From Candidatus Latescibacterota bacterium (GTDB lineage: Bacteria > Latescibacterota > UBA2968 > UBA8231): 64,000 nucleotides of DNA. The DNA lies in assembly GCA_965243025.1 (NCBI GenBank), contig CBDETY010000003.1, forward strand, positions 1,504,001-1,568,000. The letters are read 5' to 3'. Below the pieces are notes generated by a model. It was not told where the DNA came from. It did not search any database and saw nothing but the letters and a program-made list of their open reading frames with translations. Both the position numbers and the translations under genes were made by a program. This document shows, piece after piece, positions 59,529 to 64,000 of this stretch (position 1 is the stretch's first letter; the number at the start of each line of letters is the position of its first letter).

Positions 59529-61010
59529 ATGGCTACGGTACTGGGAATCGATCAGGGGACCAGCAGCGTCAAGGTCGTCCTCATCGACGAGAGCGGGCGC
59601 GAGCTGGGAAAGCAGAACGCCGGGTATCCCCTGCACAAACCGCGGCCCGGATGGGTCGAGCAGGACCCGGAAGACTGGTGGCGGGCGGCCTGCTCTGCCG
59701 TGCGGTCGCTGCTCGCAGAAACCGGGGCCGATCCGGGCGACGTCGCCGGCGTTGCGCTGTCGGGCCAGATCAACGGCGCCGTGGTTTCGGACGCGTCCGG
59801 GGCCTGCCTGCGCAACTCCCTGATCTGGCTCGACCACCGTTCCGGCGAGGAGTGCCGGTGGGCCGAGGAGCGCGCCGGCGACCTGCTGCGGGACCGCGCC
59901 TTCAGCCGCGTGACCCCGGTCAACTTCCTCGCCAAGCTGTTGTGGCTGCACCGCCACGAGGCCGGCCTCCTGCGCCGGGCTCCCTGCATCCTGCTGCCCA
60001 AGGACTGGCTGCGCCTGCGTCTGACCGGCGTCGCCGCGAGCGAAATCTCCGACGCCTCGGTGACGGCGGCCTTCGACCTGCGGCGCCGGCAGTGGTCGGG
60101 GGAGATCCTCGATGCCCTCGAACTCGACGCCGCCAGGCTTCCGGCCGCGGTCGAATCCACGGATGTGGTCGGCGCCGTCACGCCGCGGGCGGCCGCCGAG
60201 ATCGGCCTGCGCCCGGGCACCCCGGTCTGCGCCGGGGGAGGAGACATACCCTGCATGGTCCTCGGCAGCGGCCTCGTCAGTCCCGGGATCGCGGGGCTGG
60301 GTATCGGGACCGCCGCCCACGCCGTCACCTGCGTCGAGGAGCTGGACCCCGGGGGCGTTGACAAGCTCTGGCCGATGTGCCATCCGGTCCCGGGACTGTA
60401 CGCCTGGCTCGGCTGTTCCTACACCGGAGGGGCCTCTTTCACCTGGGCGAAGGAGGCCCTCGGGATGTCCTCGTACGAGGAGATGACCGCGGCCGCCGAG
60501 ACCGTTCCGGTCGCTTCCGAGGGGCTGTTCTTCATGCCCTGGCTCGAAGGTTCGGCCACCCCGTGCCCCGACCCGGAAGCGCGGGGCGGCTTCATCGGGC
60601 TGACATTGAGCCACGGCCGGCCCGAGATGATCCGCGCCGTGATGGAGGGGGTCGTCTTCGAGCTGCGCAACGTCCTCGAATGCTTTGCCGGAATCGGCAT
60701 TTCCCTGCAGGAGCTGCGCATCGGCGAAGGGGGCTCGCGCTCGGCCTTGTGGAGGCAGATCCAGGCGGATGTCTTCGGACGCGAGCTTCAGGTGATCGAC
60801 ACCGAGGACCTCTCGGCGGTCGGAGCCGCCCTGATCGCCGGAGTCGGCTGCGGCCTTTTCGAGGACTTCGACGACGCCTGCGGGAGAGTAGTGAAGCTGG
60901 GAGAGACGGTCCGTCCGGGAGAGCCGGAAGCTCGTGCCTACGCCGCGGCATTCGCCCGCTACGAGCGCCTGTACCCGACTATGAAGGACTGGTTCCACGG
61001 CGCGCAATGA
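59529..61010 (+). CDS. xylB: FGGY-family carbohydrate kinase (xylulokinase-like)
   Basis: GIDQGTSSVK, VEQDPEDWW, SGQ, WLDHR, PKDW, GGGD, RAVMEGV, GGSRS, WRQIQAD. ATG at 59529. Confidence 0.85.
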   Translation: MATVLGIDQGTSSVKVVLIDESGRELGKQNAGYPLHKPRPGWVEQDPEDWWRAACSAVRSLLAETGADPGDVAGVALSGQINGAVVSDASGACLRNSLIWLDHRSGEECRWAEERAGDLLRDRAFSRVTPVNFLAKLLWLHRHEAGLLRRAPCILLPKDWLRLRLTGVAASEISDASVTAAFDLRRRQWSGEILDALELDAARLPAAVESTDVVGAVTPRAAAEIGLRPGTPVCAGGGDIPCMVLGSGLVSPGIAGLGIGTAAHAVTCVEELDPGGVDKLWPMCHPVPGLYAWLGCSYTGGASFTWAKEALGMSSYEEMTAAAETVPVASEGLFFMPWLEGSATPCPDPEARGGFIGLTLSHGRPEMIRAVMEGVVFELRNVLECFAGIGISLQELRIGEGGSRSALWRQIQADVFGRELQVIDTEDLSAVGAALIAGVGCGLFEDFDDACGRVVKLGETVRPGEPEARAYAAAFARYERLYPTMKDWFHGAQ

Positions 61011-61017
61011 GGCGGAC

Positions 61018-61275
61018 GTGAACGACAGGGAGAACCGCCCGGACCCACTGGCGCCGGCCGGACTCCTGGCGGAGCCGCGGCGGAAACTACGGGTCTGGCT
61101 GGTGTACGCCCTGCTGCTGGCCCTCGCGATTCCCTGGTACTGGCCGGCGGGGTACCGCGGACCGCTGCTTCTGGGGTTCCCGCTGTGGGTTGCGGCGACG
61201 GTCCTGAGCGTCATCCTCCTGGCGGGCTGGACCTGCTGGGTGATCGCCGCCTGCTGGCGGGACGAGGGGGAGTGA
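61018..61275 (+). CDS. Small membrane protein associated with sodium:solute symporter (DUF3311/YhdT-like)
   Basis: Two TM helices, AIPWYW, GFPLW; directly upstream of an SSS gene. Confidence 0.75.
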   Translation: MNDRENRPDPLAPAGLLAEPRRKLRVWLVYALLLALAIPWYWPAGYRGPLLLGFPLWVAATVLSVILLAGWTCWVIAACWRDEGE

Positions 61276-61278
61276 AGG

Positions 61279-62751
61279 ATGGTTCCGGCGGATCCGCCCG
61301 TTTTCGGCCCGGGGGCCCTCGCCGCGGTCGCCCTCTACCTGCTGTCGATGATCGGCATCGGCTGGTGGGGCAGGCGGCAGCGCCGCGGCGACAGTCTCGC
61401 CGACTTCTACCTCGCCGGCCGCTCCCTCGGGTTCGCCGTGCTGTTCCTCACCTTGTACGCGACCCAGTACAGCGGCAACACCCTGTTCGGGTATCCGGGC
61501 AAGTCGTACCGCATCGGCTTCGACTGGACCGTCTCGCTCCTTTTCATGTTCGCCATCATCCCGGGGTACCTGCTGTTCGCGCCCCGTCTCGTCGCCCTGG
61601 CGCGCCGACGGGATTTCATCACCCCGGGAGATTACATCTCCTTCCGCTTCGGTTCCCGCTCCCTGACCCTGCTCAGCACCCTGATGATGGTCTACGCCCT
61701 CGCCAACTACACCCTGGCGCAGCTCAAGGCGATGGGAGCGGCGGTCGAAGGGCTGACCGACGGCGCCGTCCCTTCCGCGTACGGGATCGTCGCCCTGGCC
61801 CTGATCATGGTGGTGTACGAGACCCTCGGGGGCATGCGCAGCGTCGCCTGGACCGACGTCATCCAGGGGATCGTGCTGCTGACCGGGTTCGCGGTCCTGC
61901 TCTTCATGGTTCCCGGACTCGGGGGCGGGTTCTCCGCCGTTGTGGAACGGCTGTCCGCCGCCGACCCCGCCAAGGTCGAGGCCCCGCCCCTGCGCCAGTG
62001 CGCCACCTGGCTCAGCTACGTCCTGCTGGTCGGCGCCGGCGCCGCCATCTACCCGCAGGCGATCCAGCGCCTCTACTCCGCCGGATCGGTCGCCGGGCTC
62101 AAGCGCGCCCTGTCGCTGATGGCCTTCATGCCCCTGACCACCACCCTGATCGCCCTGGTCTGCGGGGTCACCGGGGCGGTCGTCCTGCCCGGCCTCGAAG
62201 GGGCCGCCGCCGACCAGCTGCTGCCGCGGCTCTGCGCCGTCATCATGAGTCAGTCCGCCTTCGGGTACTGGCTGGTCGCCCTGGTGTTCGCCGCGGCCCT
62301 GGCCGCCCTGATGTCGACCGCGGACTCGGCGCTGCTGTCGATCTCGTCGATCTTCACCCGCAACGTCTACCAGGCCCATATCCGCCCCGGCGCCGGCCAG
62401 GCCGAGCTCACCCGGGTCGGCAAGCTCTGCTCCTGGGCGATCGTGGCGATTCTCGTGGTCGTCGCCATCGGCACCGAGAAAACCCTGATCCGGCTGCTGG
62501 AGCTGAAGTTCGAAGTGCTGATCCAGATCGCCCCCTGCTTCTTCCTCGGCCTCTACTGGCCGCGGCTCGGCGCGTCCACTGTTCTGGCCGGAATGATCGC
62601 CGGACTCGGGTTCGGACTGGGGGCGACCCTGCTCGGCCACGCCCGTATCCTGGGATTTCACGCCGGGGTAGTCGGCCTCGGGGTGAACCTCATCGTCTGC
62701 GCCGCCGGCTGCGCCGGCTCGCGCCTGTCCGAAAGGAGAATTGCCGCGTGA
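61279..62751 (+). CDS. Sodium:solute symporter family protein
   Basis: DFYLAGRSLG, ATQYSGNT, GGMRSVAWTDVIQG, AALMSTADS; about 13 TM segments. Confidence 0.93.
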   Translation: MVPADPPVFGPGALAAVALYLLSMIGIGWWGRRQRRGDSLADFYLAGRSLGFAVLFLTLYATQYSGNTLFGYPGKSYRIGFDWTVSLLFMFAIIPGYLLFAPRLVALARRRDFITPGDYISFRFGSRSLTLLSTLMMVYALANYTLAQLKAMGAAVEGLTDGAVPSAYGIVALALIMVVYETLGGMRSVAWTDVIQGIVLLTGFAVLLFMVPGLGGGFSAVVERLSAADPAKVEAPPLRQCATWLSYVLLVGAGAAIYPQAIQRLYSAGSVAGLKRALSLMAFMPLTTTLIALVCGVTGAVVLPGLEGAAADQLLPRLCAVIMSQSAFGYWLVALVFAAALAALMSTADSALLSISSIFTRNVYQAHIRPGAGQAELTRVGKLCSWAIVAILVVVAIGTEKTLIRLLELKFEVLIQIAPCFFLGLYWPRLGASTVLAGMIAGLGFGLGATLLGHARILGFHAGVVGLGVNLIVCAAGCAGSRLSERRIAA

Positions 62752-63857
62752 AGATCACCTCGGTCGACATCTGGACGGTGGTGGTGCCGACGATCCCCGG
62801 CAGGGTGCACAGCCCGGAGTGGGTGCCCGAGACCGGCTGGGACCGGGTTCCAAAGCAGATCCTGCGGATCAACACCGGCACCGAGCTCGCCGGCATCGGG
62901 GAGACCGGCCGCGGCACGGAAGCGGCAACCGTCGTTGCCGGAGCCGCCCGGCTCGTCGGCCGCGACCCGGAGTCGCTCACGCTGCGGGACATCTTCGGCG
63001 AACCCGCAGACGGTTCCGAGGAGATGCTGGAGACCGCCGCCGGGGAGGCGTACGAGGCCTTCGAGACGGCGGTGCTCGATCTGGTCGGCCGCATGCGCGG
63101 GCTGCCGCTGCACGCCCTGCTCGGAGGCGCCGTGCGCGGGCGTGTGCGCGCCGACTACTGGATGGGCCACCAGACCCCCGAGGACGGCCGGCGGACGGTC
63201 GAGCGCGCCCTCGAGCACGGGTTCAGGGGCGTCAAGATCAAGTGCCGCATCGAGGAGCCGATGGTCGAGCGGCTGCGGGCGATGCTCGAGGTCGCAGGTC
63301 CGGAGTTCAAGGTGACCGTCGATCCGAACGAGCGCTTCCACACCGCCGAACAGACGATCGCCCTCGCCGGGGAGCTGGCCCCGCTGGGCAACGTCGAGGT
63401 CTTCGAGGATCCGATCCCCAAGGCCGATACCGAGGGGTACGCCCGGATCCACGAGGAGATCGGCCTGCCGCTGGCGATGCACCTCGGAGACCCGGGGCAG
63501 GTGCTGGCGGCCCTGAAGGGGGATCTCGTCGACTGCTTCAACCTCAACGGCGGCCCCGTCGGATTCATGCGCAACGCCGCGGTGGCCGAGGCCGGCGGCA
63601 TGCGCTGCTGGCACGGGTCGGGGAACGACCTCGGCATCGTCGACACCTGCTACGTCCACTGCGCGGCGCTGGCCCCGAACTGCACAATGGCATCCGATTT
63701 CGTCGGCTCCTGGACGCGGGAGGACGACCTTATTCTCGAGCCGATCCCCTTCCGGGACGGTTTCGTTCCGGTGCCGTCGCAACCGGGGCTCGGGTGCGAC
63801 CTCGACCTGGCGGCCCTCGAGCGCTACTGCCTGGCTCACCAGGTGGTGACTCCGTAG
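62748..63857 (+). CDS. Mandelate racemase/muconate lactonizing enzyme family protein
   Basis: GTG after AAAGGAG; GIGET, LLGGAVR, KIK, VDPN, FEDP, PGLG. Confidence 0.88.
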   Translation: MKITSVDIWTVVVPTIPGRVHSPEWVPETGWDRVPKQILRINTGTELAGIGETGRGTEAATVVAGAARLVGRDPESLTLRDIFGEPADGSEEMLETAAGEAYEAFETAVLDLVGRMRGLPLHALLGGAVRGRVRADYWMGHQTPEDGRRTVERALEHGFRGVKIKCRIEEPMVERLRAMLEVAGPEFKVTVDPNERFHTAEQTIALAGELAPLGNVEVFEDPIPKADTEGYARIHEEIGLPLAMHLGDPGQVLAALKGDLVDCFNLNGGPVGFMRNAAVAEAGGMRCWHGSGNDLGIVDTCYVHCAALAPNCTMASDFVGSWTREDDLILEPIPFRDGFVPVPSQPGLGCDLDLAALERYCLAHQVVTP

Positions 63858-63875
63858 GCAGGGAAGAGCACGCAG

Positions 63876-64000
63876 ATGGCGGGAACATCGGATCGGGACG
63901 GCTTGCGGGCCTGCGGTTTGCGGGTCCTGGCAGCGGGCGCGGCGATCGCCGCCTGCCTCGCAGCCCCGGCCTGCGACCGCGGCCTCGAAGCCGAACCTCC
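63876..64000 (+). CDS. Probable lipoprotein, 3' truncated by window edge
   Basis: MAGTSDRDGLRACGLRVLAAGAAIAACLAAPAC: hydrophobic signal ending in Cys; frame open to the window end. Confidence 0.55.
   Translation, partial: MAGTSDRDGLRACGLRVLAAGAAIAACLAAPACDRGLEAEP

Overview
A gene-dense, very GC-rich 64 kb bacterial chromosomal segment with about 57 protein genes. I found no rRNA, tRNA, CRISPR array or intact transposase. Most of it is housekeeping and carbohydrate metabolism: glgC, ispG, queE/phhB/folE, groES-groEL, panB, an RNase II-like gene, three enolase-superfamily dehydratases, SDRs, a polyol-type ABC transporter and a sugar kinase with a Na+ symporter. It also holds two surface-glycan clusters (DegT-TetR-PIG-L-WbqC-GT4; and epimerase-HddA-GmhA-transaldolase divergent from SGNH-YfhO) and secreted proteins (an S8 protease with FG-GAP repeats and an FlgD/CTD-like tail; an FGE-family lipoprotein). 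The gene content suggests an FCB/Latescibacterota-like heterotroph, which is inference only. The most unusual item is an ECF sigma factor (50485-51834, minus) fused to what looks like domains II+III of the DNA polymerase III beta sliding clamp (DnaN). Other notable signals: a 222-bp MITE with 17-bp terminal inverted repeats and a CTGA target duplication inside the ABC operon; a sigma54+IHF promoter on groESL, whose GroEL ends in a His-rich tail; two genes that appear to need non-canonical start codons (ATC, CTG); a palindromic TetR operator with a look-alike upstream of groES; and a compositionally mosaic FGE/C-type-lectin lipoprotein. All family assignments come from motif recognition by eye, not database searches.
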